DNA from: Candidatus Bathyarchaeota archaeon
GTDB lineage: Archaea > Thermoproteota > Bathyarchaeia > TCS64
Assembly: GCA_043826455.1 (NCBI GenBank)
Contig: JBDRQD010000055.1
Span: forward strand, 177-64,176
Direction of reading: 5' to 3'
Length of the DNA: 64,000 nt
The stretch's first letter is position 1. Each line of letters opens with the position of its first letter. Below, in pieces: positions 1 through 9,715 of this stretch. Position numbers and translations under genes: made by a program. Under the pieces are notes generated by a model. The model was given only the letters and a program-made list of their open reading frames with translations, was not told the DNA's origin and ran no database searches.

Positions 1-212
1 GCCCACAACTGCAGGAAATCACCATATATCCGCATGTGAAACCGTATAGACTACACACAATTGTCTCAGAATCCATGTTTACCTCAAAATGAGTGTTTTA
101 GTATAGCGCGATTGTTGAAACCGTATGACATAGTACATTTTCCTGATCTATTACTCCAATCTGGAACTCTTTTAATCCAAGCTACACCGAAGATACACGG
201 TGGACGGGTGTT

Positions 213-3200
213 TTGAATAGGCTCCAGAAGGCCGCTGTAGCAGTAGCCTGCATCCTCTGCTCGGTGCTCTTCCTAGCCCTGTCCATCGACGCTGTGGGAG
301 AGGTACCGACCCTCAAGGAACTGCAGATCCCAAACAAACCCAGTCTACCTGAGCCTAAACCAGACCCAGACACGACTCATCTTGATGATAGGCAGGAACA
401 AGGCGAGGAAAAGCCGCTGCTGCGCATCCACGGACCGACAGAGACCAGCTACCTTAGGCTCGTGCCCTACGACAGGTACCTGTCAGGGACTTGGGAGACA
501 TTGGAGAGTCCATCAACACTGTACGAAGGTGGAGCCGTTGATCTCCCTGTTGAGACGTACCTCGCGCTGGATGAGGTCACCTTCACCGTTGAGCCCTTCA
601 CTGATCTGGGCCGATACCTCCCCTCCGCCCCTAACACTGTGAGCATGAGCCTGACGGAGGCCGTGAGGTACTTAACCGAAAAGCAGGTCTTCACCACAGT
701 CATCGTCAAGCAAACCTACAACCTCACCTACATCCGGTTCACCTTCAGCGAGGAGCAGATGCGAGACGCGCAGACGGTTAACCTACCTGAGTACTTGGAG
801 GTCCCAGGCTACCTTAAGGAGGACCTGAGGGCCCTGGCAGAGGAGATCACCGCCGGGGACACGACGCCGTACGAGAAGCTTGTATCCCTCAGGGACTACC
901 TCATGGACCACTACCAGTACAACATGAGTTGCCCCCAGGCACCCCCCGGCACAGACCCCCTGGAGTACTTCCTCTTCGAGAGCGGCGAGGGCGTCTGCAT
1001 CCACTTCAACACGGCCCTCACCATGATGGCCCGAGTCCTCGGCATACCGGCCCGCCTCGTGGGAGGGTACCTAATTGACCCTGACGCCATTCTTCAGGAA
1101 GTCTACCCCATTCAGCAGCACGCGTTCACGGAGATTCCTTTCCAGGGCTTGGGGTGGATAATATTCGACGCGACGCCCGGCGCGGGCACCTCACCCACCT
1201 TTGATGTAGTGCCGGGAGACGGAGAACCGAATGATGGTTCTGGGCAGGAGCAACCCGTTGAAGCCCCGGAGAAGCCCCTTGAGCCTATACTTCCTCCGTC
1301 TGACGATGAGCTGTTCCGGTTATATGGTGTGACGGGGACCAGCTACCTTCGAGACGGGGTGGCGACCTACTATAACGGCTCATGGTACGTCCACGCTTCC
1401 TCCTCTGCAAGCTATCAGGGTCACTATATTGAAAGGGTCATAGAGGGGTATCAGGATGTTGAGGAGTACCACTTCTTCGTGGAGTTCACGGCGCCCACCG
1501 GTGGGTACCTGCCCGTCCCCCTCTACACGAGGCAGCTGAACACAGGTCACAGCGTGGTGTTCTACTCCGAGCTTGAGCTATTCTACACTGCCGGCGGCGG
1601 CGTCACAGGGTACGAGGTGGTCTCAGAGGTCTACAGTTTCACCGAATCCACCCTAGCCGACGCGGAGCCTTATCTCAACCCGGTCTACCTGCAGGTACCT
1701 GAGGCCCTGAACTCGTCACTATGGCCCCTGGCTAACCGCATAACAGAGAGCCCAGGGTCCACCTACGCCAAGGTGAAGGCCCTCGAACACTACTTGAAGA
1801 CCAGCTACACGTACAACCAATCTCAAGCCCCCGCCCCCCGCGGCGAAGACCCTGTGGCCTGGTTCCTGTTCGACTCAAGGCAGGGCGTGTGCACCGACTT
1901 CAACTCGGCTCTCGTTCTCTTGGCGCGGTCCATTGGGGTGCCGTCGAGGCTGGTCACAGGCTTCCTGGTTCGCTCTGACGCTGAGGCTCAGGTGGTGAGG
2001 GGCCGCCAGGCCCACGCCTACGCGGAGGTCCTCTTCGATGGACTTGGGTGGATCACCTTTGATGCCTCACCGAGCTCCGAAGGAGAGCCACTGGATGTCG
2101 ACAGCGTGATACAAACCTTCACCAACATCACCCAACAGGACGAGTACGTCCTCGTGGGCTCACGCTTTAACGTGGCAGGTACCGTCGTTGATGAGACGGG
2201 CTCACCCGTGTCCGGCTTATGTGTCCTGGTTTATCTGAAACAGAACAAGGCGGAGCCGGGTGCGCTGGCCGGAAAAACCGTGGTCGAGGACGGCTTCTTC
2301 AACGCCTCATGCCTTTTCCCGGTGGGCCTCGCCCCGGGGGAGTACATGGTGGACGCCCACACCATGGGCGACGAGACCTACCTCGGCTCGTGGAGCGATC
2401 CCCCCATAGTGAGCTACATGGAGACCGGCTTCGTGGTCCAGGCCCCAGACGAGGTGGTCACAGGCAGACGGTTCAACGTCACAGGGGTACTCATCGATAA
2501 GCCGGCCAACAGGACCATAACCGGGGCCGCGTGCGTTATAGAGATAGGCGGACGGAAAGTTCAGGCTGTCACGGACGCTGAGGGCCGGATAAGTTTAGAG
2601 GCTTCGCTGGATGAGGCTGGGACGCACACCTTACGACTCAGCTGGGATGGCTCAGGTTATCTCCTGGGTGCATCCACCGTTAAGACGGTTCAGTCTCATC
2701 CCCTCGGCTTCACATTGGTGGACTCGGAGCTGGTCAGAGGAGAGTCGTCCCCGTTCAGCGGGGTGATTCACGCCGGTGCGACGCCGGGGGCCTTTGAGGC
2801 GGTGACAGCGTCGGTGCTGGGGGGCGAGATCTCCACGGTGACGGACGAGTCCGGGGGCTTCAAGATAGTGTGCCGTGTGCCCGGAGACCATGAGCTAGGC
2901 CCCCTACCCATATCCCTCACACTCCACAGCAGCCAACTCAGCGTCAGCTCCAGCCTTACGGTGAGGGCCCGCCCACACATATCCTTCTCGGGCGGCGGCT
3001 CAGTCCGGGTGGGGCAGACCAGCGAGTTCCGTCTTGTCCTATATGATGATCATGAATCCTCTATACCCGGGGCGCCCATAAGCGTCAGCATTAGGCACGG
3101 CGACGAGTTGAAAGAGTGCGACTTGGTGACGGATCAGGAAGGCAGGGCCGCGTTCACGGTGGGGGCCTCGACTGAGACGCCTGAGAACCTGGTCTACGAG

Positions 3201-3944
3201 GCTAGGTACCCGGGAACTGGCGAGTTCTTACCGGCAATGGCCACGGGAAGCGTCTCCGTAATGCCAGCCCAGATGCCCCTATCCTCAGCTACTCTGATAG
3301 CCCTGCTTGCCGCCGCGGGAGCTGGAGGTCTGCTACTTCTCAAGAGGCGTTGGGATGAGAAAGGAGAAGATAACGTCGCTGAGCCCAGCGGAGATACCCT
3401 GATGAAGGGTCTCAGCATCAATTTCCCTGGCATCGAGGCGTCACTCCCCAACGTCTGGAGCTTCGACGAGGAACTGGAAATACATGTGAGGCTCACAGTA
3501 CCTGACGGGGCTCCAATCCCCGGAGGATCAATTGAGCTCGCTCTCCCCGGCACAGTCGAGCATCTATCAACCGATGACAGAGGTGAGGCGACCACCAAGG
3601 CCCTCATCAAAGAGAAGGGGAGTTACCAAGTATCGGCCAAGTATCTTGAGGGAGGCATGAAGACGTCCCAGTCACTTAGGGTCGTGGATTACCGTGAAGA
3701 GGTCGTGGCGCTCTTCAACCACAAGTTTAGGGAGGCCAGGGAGAGGTTCAAGAGCGTGCGAGACAACCACACAGCCCGCGAGCTCATGGGCTACCTGAAG
3801 AAAGAGACCCCGGAGGCCGCCCACCCAGCCCTGGAGAACATGGTGTTCCTCTTCGAGGAGGCCAGCTACAGCCTCCACCCGGTCCAGCGCGGTGTCTATA
3901 TGCGGTTCTACGAGGCCAAGACCAGGTTCGAGGAGGCTATCTGA
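213..3944 (+). CDS. Large membrane-anchored transglutaminase-like protein with two catalytic cores, Ig-like beta-rich repeats, one C-proximal TM helix and a cytoplasmic tail
   Basis: N-terminal signal/anchor AAVAVACILCSVLFLALSI. There are two Cys-His-Asp transglutaminase cores: GVCIHFNTA..QQHAFTEI..IFDATP and GVCTDFNSA..AHAYAEV..TFDASP. TM helix LIALLAAAGAGGLLLL lies near aa 1030. It is the first gene of a tightly packed operon with MoxR and DUF58. Confidence 0.85.
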   Translation: MNRLQKAAVAVACILCSVLFLALSIDAVGEVPTLKELQIPNKPSLPEPKPDPDTTHLDDRQEQGEEKPLLRIHGPTETSYLRLVPYDRYLSGTWETLESPSTLYEGGAVDLPVETYLALDEVTFTVEPFTDLGRYLPSAPNTVSMSLTEAVRYLTEKQVFTTVIVKQTYNLTYIRFTFSEEQMRDAQTVNLPEYLEVPGYLKEDLRALAEEITAGDTTPYEKLVSLRDYLMDHYQYNMSCPQAPPGTDPLEYFLFESGEGVCIHFNTALTMMARVLGIPARLVGGYLIDPDAILQEVYPIQQHAFTEIPFQGLGWIIFDATPGAGTSPTFDVVPGDGEPNDGSGQEQPVEAPEKPLEPILPPSDDELFRLYGVTGTSYLRDGVATYYNGSWYVHASSSASYQGHYIERVIEGYQDVEEYHFFVEFTAPTGGYLPVPLYTRQLNTGHSVVFYSELELFYTAGGGVTGYEVVSEVYSFTESTLADAEPYLNPVYLQVPEALNSSLWPLANRITESPGSTYAKVKALEHYLKTSYTYNQSQAPAPRGEDPVAWFLFDSRQGVCTDFNSALVLLARSIGVPSRLVTGFLVRSDAEAQVVRGRQAHAYAEVLFDGLGWITFDASPSSEGEPLDVDSVIQTFTNITQQDEYVLVGSRFNVAGTVVDETGSPVSGLCVLVYLKQNKAEPGALAGKTVVEDGFFNASCLFPVGLAPGEYMVDAHTMGDETYLGSWSDPPIVSYMETGFVVQAPDEVVTGRRFNVTGVLIDKPANRTITGAACVIEIGGRKVQAVTDAEGRISLEASLDEAGTHTLRLSWDGSGYLLGASTVKTVQSHPLGFTLVDSELVRGESSPFSGVIHAGATPGAFEAVTASVLGGEISTVTDESGGFKIVCRVPGDHELGPLPISLTLHSSQLSVSSSLTVRARPHISFSGGGSVRVGQTSEFRLVLYDDHESSIPGAPISVSIRHGDELKECDLVTDQEGRAAFTVGASTETPENLVYEARYPGTGEFLPAMATGSVSVMPAQMPLSSATLIALLAAAGAGGLLLLKRRWDEKGEDNVAEPSGDTLMKGLSINFPGIEASLPNVWSFDEELEIHVRLTVPDGAPIPGGSIELALPGTVEHLSTDDRGEATTKALIKEKGSYQVSAKYLEGGMKTSQSLRVVDYREEVVALFNHKFREARERFKSVRDNHTARELMGYLKKETPEAAHPALENMVFLFEEASYSLHPVQRGVYMRFYEAKTRFEEAI

Positions 3945-3981
3945 GTTGGATAAGCAGGTTAAGGAGATCATCGTCCCCACT

Positions 3982-5193
3982 ATGGCGTACGCGTGCGCCT
4001 CGATGGTGACGCTGTGGCTGTTCATATTTAACGAGACTACGATGCCGTTTAGCCTCCTCGGAAGACAGTACACCTTGGCCCTGTCTTTCTTGGGGGCACC
4101 GCTACTGGCGTCCTTAACAGCGTTCTATGCTTCCATTGTCACCGAGAAGCTGTTAGTGGGGGAGGCAGCTGAGCCTCTGTCCGAGGGACTCAGACGCCTG
4201 GCCCTCACCTCTTTCCTCTACTATGCCTCAGACTGGGCTCTTCTACCTGCCTGGGTTAAACCCATCTCGGCCTTCATCTTCTACGCTTCCATCCTGTCTA
4301 TGGCCCATAAGGCCCTGAGCTCAGTGCTGGAGCCCATAAACCAGTTGTTTGAATCCATCCTGTCCAGCGTGTACATCCTCTTCATAGGGTACCTGGGCAG
4401 CGTGACCTGGCTCAGCCTGTACCCCCACCTGGAAGACATGCTGCTGAACTCCGGCTTCGCCCCCGTGCTTCTGCCCTACCTTCAGCAAGGCGTTGCTGGG
4501 CCCATCAACAACGTGATAGTGGCCAGCTCCGCCCTGGTCTCCGTCCTGGCGTTGACTGGCGTCCTGAGGAACCACCCCAACGTCTACCTCAGGTACATCA
4601 GCGGCGTCACCTCGGGCAGGCTGGAGCAGATCACCGTCCTCTCCTTCCTGGTCCTATACTACTTCTTCTTCGTCAGGGTGTTCCTGCTACAGGGCTCCGG
4701 GTTGAACCCTCAGTACGTGGTGGTGGGCGAGTGGGCCGCCCTCTGTATAGGCTTCTACGCGGCGTACAGAGCCGTCAAGAGGTACGCATCGGAGTCCCTG
4801 GTCCGGGAGGACTACACGGGCACCTGGAGGAGGCACGTCCAGCAGGTCAGCCTCAGCAGCGAGCCCGAGCTGGAGCTGTTTGAGACTCTCCTAGACGGCT
4901 TCGTGAATAGGGGTGAGAGGGCTGCCCTCGTCGTCCACCTAGCCCTCCTCCTGAGGTCTTCGGGGCTGAGCCCCAACGCCCTGACCAGGGCTCTTTCTCC
5001 GCTGATAAACTACTCGGATGCCCCGCTCCCTAAGATAGGGCTCTCCTGGCAGGTGGAGAACACAAAGAGGCATAATATGCAGAGGAGAAGAGAGATCATT
5101 AACACAGTACTCGGCTCCATACAGTTAAAACCCCATGAACAGGAAACTCAAGAAAAGCAGAGCCCTCACGAAGAGGTTAAGGAGGCTGGATAG
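3982..5193 (+). CDS. Polytopic membrane protein of unknown function (operon partner of transglutaminase/MoxR)
   Basis: The ORF 3892..5193 overlaps the upstream stop. The first post-stop starts are TTG 3946 and ATG 3982 (MAYACASMVTLWLFIF). It has many hydrophobic segments and a hydrophilic tail. Its stop at 5193 abuts the MoxR ATG at 5194. The start is uncertain. Confidence 0.6.
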   Translation: MAYACASMVTLWLFIFNETTMPFSLLGRQYTLALSFLGAPLLASLTAFYASIVTEKLLVGEAAEPLSEGLRRLALTSFLYYASDWALLPAWVKPISAFIFYASILSMAHKALSSVLEPINQLFESILSSVYILFIGYLGSVTWLSLYPHLEDMLLNSGFAPVLLPYLQQGVAGPINNVIVASSALVSVLALTGVLRNHPNVYLRYISGVTSGRLEQITVLSFLVLYYFFFVRVFLLQGSGLNPQYVVVGEWAALCIGFYAAYRAVKRYASESLVREDYTGTWRRHVQQVSLSSEPELELFETLLDGFVNRGERAALVVHLALLLRSSGLSPNALTRALSPLINYSDAPLPKIGLSWQVENTKRHNMQRRREIINTVLGSIQLKPHEQETQEKQSPHEEVKEAG

Positions 5194-6168
5194 ATGCAGC
5201 TTGAAGAAGTAACGAACTATTGTGACGAGATACTGGACACCGTTCAGACCTACTTCGTGGGCAACCGCCTGCTCCTTCAGAAGGTGCTGGCGGCGTCCCT
5301 GGCCAACGGCCACGTGCTCTTTGAGGACAATCCCGGCCTCGGTAAGACGCTCCTGGCCAAGGTCTTCGCCAGGGCCACCGGCTGCGACTGGGGCCGGATA
5401 CAGTTCACACCCGATCTGATGCCCGCGGACATCATCGGCACCAAGGTTTGGAGGGCCAACACCAGCGAGTTCACCCTGGAGAAGGGCCCCGTATTCACCA
5501 ACATCCTGCTGGCCGACGAGATCAACAGGTCCCCACCCAAGGTCCAGTCCGCCCTCCTGGAGTGCATGGAGGAGAGGCAGGTCACCATCGAGGGGGAGAC
5601 CCACAGGCTCGAGCGCCCCTTCTTCGTGCTGGCCACCCAGAACCCCATAGAGCTGGAGGGCACTTACCCTCTCCCCGAGGCCCAGATGGACAGGTTCCTG
5701 CTTAAGCTGTCCACCGGGTACGTGGAGAACGTGGACCAGGAGGTAGACATCCTGAGGCGCAGGGCCTCGTGGCAGAAGGATGACCCCACCGACCTCATAG
5801 AGGGCATCACATCCACCAAGGTGTTCAGAGAGCTACAGGACCTGGTGGAGACAGGCATCTACGTGGACGAGCAGATATACTACTACATATCCAACCTAGT
5901 AAGGGCAACCAGGGGGAATCCCTACGTCGAGGTGGGAGCCAGCCCCAGGGGAGGCCTAAGCCTCTTCAAGGTGTCCAGGGCCCACGCGGCCATCTGCGGC
6001 CGAGACTACGTGATACCGGACGACGTCAAGGCCTTCACGGTGGACGCCCTGGCCCACAGGATGATAATGAAGCTGGAGTACGCCCTGGAGGACAGGATAT
6101 CTCCATCCAGGATAGTCTCCGAGATCCTGGAGAAGGTGGAGGCCCCAAAGGATGTCGCCCGCAGGTAG
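5194..6168 (+). CDS. MoxR-family AAA+ ATPase
   Basis: Walker A GHVLFEDNPGLGKTLLAK, Walker B ILLADEINRSPPKVQSALLECMEERQVT, and the MoxR-typical RIQFTPDLMPADIIG. Length is 324 aa. Confidence 0.9.
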   Translation: MQLEEVTNYCDEILDTVQTYFVGNRLLLQKVLAASLANGHVLFEDNPGLGKTLLAKVFARATGCDWGRIQFTPDLMPADIIGTKVWRANTSEFTLEKGPVFTNILLADEINRSPPKVQSALLECMEERQVTIEGETHRLERPFFVLATQNPIELEGTYPLPEAQMDRFLLKLSTGYVENVDQEVDILRRRASWQKDDPTDLIEGITSTKVFRELQDLVETGIYVDEQIYYYISNLVRATRGNPYVEVGASPRGGLSLFKVSRAHAAICGRDYVIPDDVKAFTVDALAHRMIMKLEYALEDRISPSRIVSEILEKVEAPKDVARR

Positions 6169-7542
6169 ATGACGATGATCACCGGCGTCTCGCTGCGGCT
6201 GACCCTCAGCGCCTTCGGCTTCATGCTGGCGGGCATGGTCACAGGCAACATCTACATGATCCAGCTAGGCCTTGTGCCCCTTCTCTTCGTTTTACTGGGC
6301 TTCGTTCTCAGGCAGCCGACCACAGTATCCATTGAGCCCCCGCCCCCCTCGCTAAGCGTCGAGCTGGGCGACGAGCTGACCATAACCCGGAAGGTGGCCG
6401 TAGAGGACGGCGTGGGGCTGGTTACTGTGGGGGAAGAGCTGCCCCCCAACTTCGAGCTGCTGAAAGGCAGCAACATCCAGGCCTTCTGGAAGCGGCCGGG
6501 CCGGGCAGAGTTCGATCTCAAGTACAGGGTCAAGTGCACCCGTAGGGGCACCTACCAGTTCACCCACCTCTTCTGGGAGGCCCGTCACCCCCTAGGCTTG
6601 GTTCCGACTCGGCTGGGCTCCGTTGAGCTGAACCAGGAGCTCATCGTCAAGCCCAGGACCCTCCGGGTGAAGAGGATCAGGCAGCAGAAGGTGTTCACGA
6701 AGATCCCCATGCCAGCCGAGTCCAGGATACAGATGGGGGTCCCCACCACCGACTTCAAGGAGCTCAGGGACTACAGCTTCGGTGACTCCTACAAGCAGAT
6801 CAACTGGAAGGCGACGGCCCGGAAGCAGAGGTCGAGCCTGCCCACCGTGAACGAGTACGAGAAGGAGGGCAGGCAGGTCGTCTACGTGTTCCTCGACACA
6901 TCGAGGCAGATGGGTATAGGAACAACCCTCAGCAACAGCTTCGAGTATGCAGTCCAGGCTACGCTGGGCTTGACGGAGTTCTACCTCGCCCGCCAGTGCA
7001 TGGTGGGGCTGAGCCTCTTCAACAGCGAGGCCGGTTCACCGGGCTACCAGGGCGTAGGCAGCACAGATGGCTTGGAGAGGAACTTGGGGAGGTCCGTGTA
7101 CACGAATGTGTTCCCTGAGAGCGGTAAGGTTCAGCAGTACCGCATCCAGAGGATGCTCCTAGAGGTCGAGCTCCAGTCCTCGCGCAGGACCCTGAAGGAG
7201 GCTCTGGTCCACGTGAGGGGCCACGTCCTGGGCACCAACCCGCTGTTTGTCGTGGTTACCCGCGTCAGGGAGGAGAACACTGCTCAGCTCATCGAGGGCG
7301 CCAGGGAGCTGTCCAAGTACATTAAGAACCGCAGGCAGAGGCCTAACATCCTGGTGGTCAACGTCTCAGGGTACGAGCTGGCATCCGAGGGAGACGACAC
7401 AAGCCCCGCCGTGCAGTTGATGGAGTTCAAGGAGAGCCACATGGTTGCCCGGCTGAGGGCCCTGGGCATCACGGCCGTCAACTGGCACCCGGAGGAGCAG
7501 AGCATAACGGAGGTCCTGTTGACCCAGGTGAGGGGTGGGTGA
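6169..7542 (+). CDS. DUF58-family protein (MoxR partner) with N-terminal TM helices
   Basis: DUF58 signature DFKELRDYSFGDSYKQINWKATARK. The start abuts the MoxR stop (6168/6169). Two N-terminal hydrophobic helices are present. Confidence 0.8.
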   Translation: MTMITGVSLRLTLSAFGFMLAGMVTGNIYMIQLGLVPLLFVLLGFVLRQPTTVSIEPPPPSLSVELGDELTITRKVAVEDGVGLVTVGEELPPNFELLKGSNIQAFWKRPGRAEFDLKYRVKCTRRGTYQFTHLFWEARHPLGLVPTRLGSVELNQELIVKPRTLRVKRIRQQKVFTKIPMPAESRIQMGVPTTDFKELRDYSFGDSYKQINWKATARKQRSSLPTVNEYEKEGRQVVYVFLDTSRQMGIGTTLSNSFEYAVQATLGLTEFYLARQCMVGLSLFNSEAGSPGYQGVGSTDGLERNLGRSVYTNVFPESGKVQQYRIQRMLLEVELQSSRRTLKEALVHVRGHVLGTNPLFVVVTRVREENTAQLIEGARELSKYIKNRRQRPNILVVNVSGYELASEGDDTSPAVQLMEFKESHMVARLRALGITAVNWHPEEQSITEVLLTQVRGG

Positions 7543-7543
7543 G

Positions 7544-8275
7544 ATGAGCCGAGCGTACGTCCGGGTCTACGAGGCCGTGATAACTGTGTTGAGCAGCTTC
7601 CTGGCTGTGAGCTCCTTCTTCTCCACGTCCCTCTACCGGGTTATAAGCGAGGGCATCGTTGACGCCCTGAGGAGCCTCAATGTGCTGACCACGTCCACTC
7701 AGAGCATCACCCAGTACGCCCCCATCATGCTGAGCACCCTGGTATTCCTGGTGGTCGTATACGACTACGCCGTGGGGAAGCCTGAGAGCATGATAGACAT
7801 ATACGAGATCAACCTGGTGCTGATCACGCCTGAGCTGCTCAGCCACTCCAAGCTGAACTGGTTTAACCTCATCCAGAAGGCCCAGATCATAGAGCCCACG
7901 AGGAGCCCCATCTACGTGTTCTTCACAGGGGTGGTTGTCCTGGTTGGATACATTTCGCTTCTGTTCACCGCCCGAGCCAGAGAGACCTACAGCGAGCTTG
8001 AGTCCAGGGGAATCAGCCCTGTCCAGCTGAACAAGATATTCCTTCAGCAGAACCAGGTGTCCATCGCCTTCGCCTTAGCGTCCGCCCTAGTGTCCTCCAT
8101 CCTCTTCCTGGCGTTACCGGGCGTTAAAACGGCGCTCTACCCCTTTATCATGAGCGTCGACTATAGTTACCTTGTCCTGGGCGTGGCCGCCGCGGTCATC
8201 ATATCCGTCGGTGTCGCCGTGTACTTCACGGAGCAGGGTGAAAAGACAACAGATAACGCAGCTACTTTAGAGTAA
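7544..8275 (+). CDS. Membrane protein of unknown function (last gene of the MoxR/DUF58/TGase operon)
   Basis: ATG 7544 lies 2 nt after the DUF58 stop; the track start at 7535 is a GTG overlapping that stop. It has about 5 hydrophobic segments and no recognisable motif. Confidence 0.55.
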   Translation: MSRAYVRVYEAVITVLSSFLAVSSFFSTSLYRVISEGIVDALRSLNVLTTSTQSITQYAPIMLSTLVFLVVVYDYAVGKPESMIDIYEINLVLITPELLSHSKLNWFNLIQKAQIIEPTRSPIYVFFTGVVVLVGYISLLFTARARETYSELESRGISPVQLNKIFLQQNQVSIAFALASALVSSILFLALPGVKTALYPFIMSVDYSYLVLGVAAAVIISVGVAVYFTEQGEKTTDNAATLE

Positions 8276-8296
8276 ACTGGGGCGCCTAGAGAAGAG

Positions 8297-9556
8297 TTAG
8301 GCTTGGAGGCTGCTCAGGGCCTCTGATAGGGTCTCCTTCATCTTGGCGATGGTGTCCTGCGATACGTCCTCAATGGCGTCGAGCCCACTGTACTCTGTCT
8401 CGGCCATCCCCTCCAGCTCGGCTATCTCCTCCTCGGGTACAAGCTTCTTCAGGTTGACCACGTAGACTATACCGCCCTTCCTGTTCTTGATCTCTTTCTC
8501 CAGGTGCTCTATGTCCCACTTGTAGGCGGGGGCCTTGACCGTGTACTCCTCCTCGGCGGCGTCTCCGATGCTCTTCCTGATCTCCAGGAGCTCGTGGTCC
8601 TTCCTGGCCGTCACTAGGGCGTTCTCCATGCGATCGATGTCTGCCTTGAAGCGTTTTATGATCTCGTCTCTTCGGCTGACCCATATCTTTCCCTGCTCCA
8701 CGTAGCTGTCGAAGAGCTTCTTGAAGGTCTCCTCCTTCACCCTGTTGTCTCTTAGAAGCTTAACAAGCCTGATCTTCAGGGTTATGTTCTTGGCTAGGTT
8801 GTCCATGACCTCCTTGGTGAGGGGGTCTGGTGCGAACTCGACTCTTATCTCTTCCATTTCATCTGGCTCCATTGTGATTGTAAATGGCTCGGGTGCGGGC
8901 TCCGGGGCTGGTTCCTCGATTGGCTCCGGCATAGGCTCCTCCGGCTCGGGGACCGCCTCCTCTTCGGGCTCAAGGATGATCTCCTCCTCTGGCTCAGGAA
9001 GTATCTCTTCCTCTAGCTCAGGAATGGGCTCCTCCTCTAGTTCAAGGATAGGCTCCTCCTCCGGCTCAGGGATTAACTCCTCCTCCGGCTCCTCGAAGAC
9101 CGTCTCCTCAGCTGGCTCCTCCGGTTCTTCAACCATGTCCGCCTGAGTCTCCTCGTCAAACACGTACTCAGTCTCCTCCACCGGCTCGGCAGTGATCGGC
9201 TCCTCCATGGCCTCCGGCTCCTCAACCACGTCTTCCTCGGCTTCCTCCACTTCAATGGTGACCTCCTCCATGGTTTCCTCGGCCACCGGCGCAGGCTCCT
9301 CCTCCACGACGACAGGCTCACCGGGCTGCTCGATCTCCACACCCATGTCGACCTCCTCCTCGGGGGCCACCACTTCAAGGGTCTCGGGCTCCGGCTCCAC
9401 CATGTCCGCCTTCTTTTGCTCGATCTTGTATAAGGGGTACCCGCAGTTCAGGCAGTAAAGAGTCTTAGGGACGTCCTCTTTGCAGTTGGGGCAGTGGACG
9501 ACTTCAGATGACAGGTCTCCGACCATCAGAAACTCCCCTACGATTATCCTCGACAT
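8297..9556 (-). CDS. Zinc-ribbon protein with a ~185-aa hyper-acidic Glu/Pro repeat region and a C-terminal coiled-coil domain
   Basis: CPNCKEDVPKTLYCLNCG (CxxC-x10-CxxC) at the N-terminus. Residues ~50-236 are almost entirely E/P/V/I. The C-terminal ~170 aa is helical and charged (RDEIIKRFKADIDRMENALVTARKDHELLEIRK). Confidence 0.7.
   Translation of the reverse strand: MSRIIVGEFLMVGDLSSEVVHCPNCKEDVPKTLYCLNCGYPLYKIEQKKADMVEPEPETLEVVAPEEEVDMGVEIEQPGEPVVVEEEPAPVAEETMEEVTIEVEEAEEDVVEEPEAMEEPITAEPVEETEYVFDEETQADMVEEPEEPAEETVFEEPEEELIPEPEEEPILELEEEPIPELEEEILPEPEEEIILEPEEEAVPEPEEPMPEPIEEPAPEPAPEPFTITMEPDEMEEIRVEFAPDPLTKEVMDNLAKNITLKIRLVKLLRDNRVKEETFKKLFDSYVEQGKIWVSRRDEIIKRFKADIDRMENALVTARKDHELLEIRKSIGDAAEEEYTVKAPAYKWDIEHLEKEIKNRKGGIVYVVNLKKLVPEEEIAELEGMAETEYSGLDAIEDVSQDTIAKMKETLSEALSSLQA
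8885..9094 (-). repeat. In-frame 24-nt tandem repeats encoding octapeptide units (EPEEExIL-like)
   Basis: Protein segment EEPEEELIPEPEEEPILELEEEPIPELEEEILPEPEEEIILEPEEEAVPEPEEPMPEPIEEPAPEPAPEP. The plus-strand DNA shows recurring ggctcctcctc..ggctcagg units every ~24 nt. Confidence 0.8.
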
Positions 9557-9715
9557 ATGAGAACAATGAAGACATAATTAAATACATACATCACAGTCTT
9601 ACCCACATACAAGGGTAAAATTGGTTACAAACCCGTAGAAACTCGTAAATGGTGACTAATAGCAGGTAGAAGGCAGCAGGACGGGACACACCTGAACAGA
9701 GAACTAGCGAAAATA

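Noticed and set aside
8885-9094. Possible CRISPR array or other non-coding tandem repeat
   Set aside because: The 24-nt periodic units are in frame within a long ORF, have no unique spacers, and encode a consistent acidic octapeptide. This is a coding tandem repeat, not a CRISPR array.
8721-9458. Ser/Gly-rich plus-strand ORFs (141 aa and 88 aa) and an Arg/Ser/Trp-rich minus-strand alternate-frame ORF (101 aa)
   Set aside because: They mirror the Glu/Pro tandem-repeat coding region and lack independent start context. They are repeat-driven artefacts.
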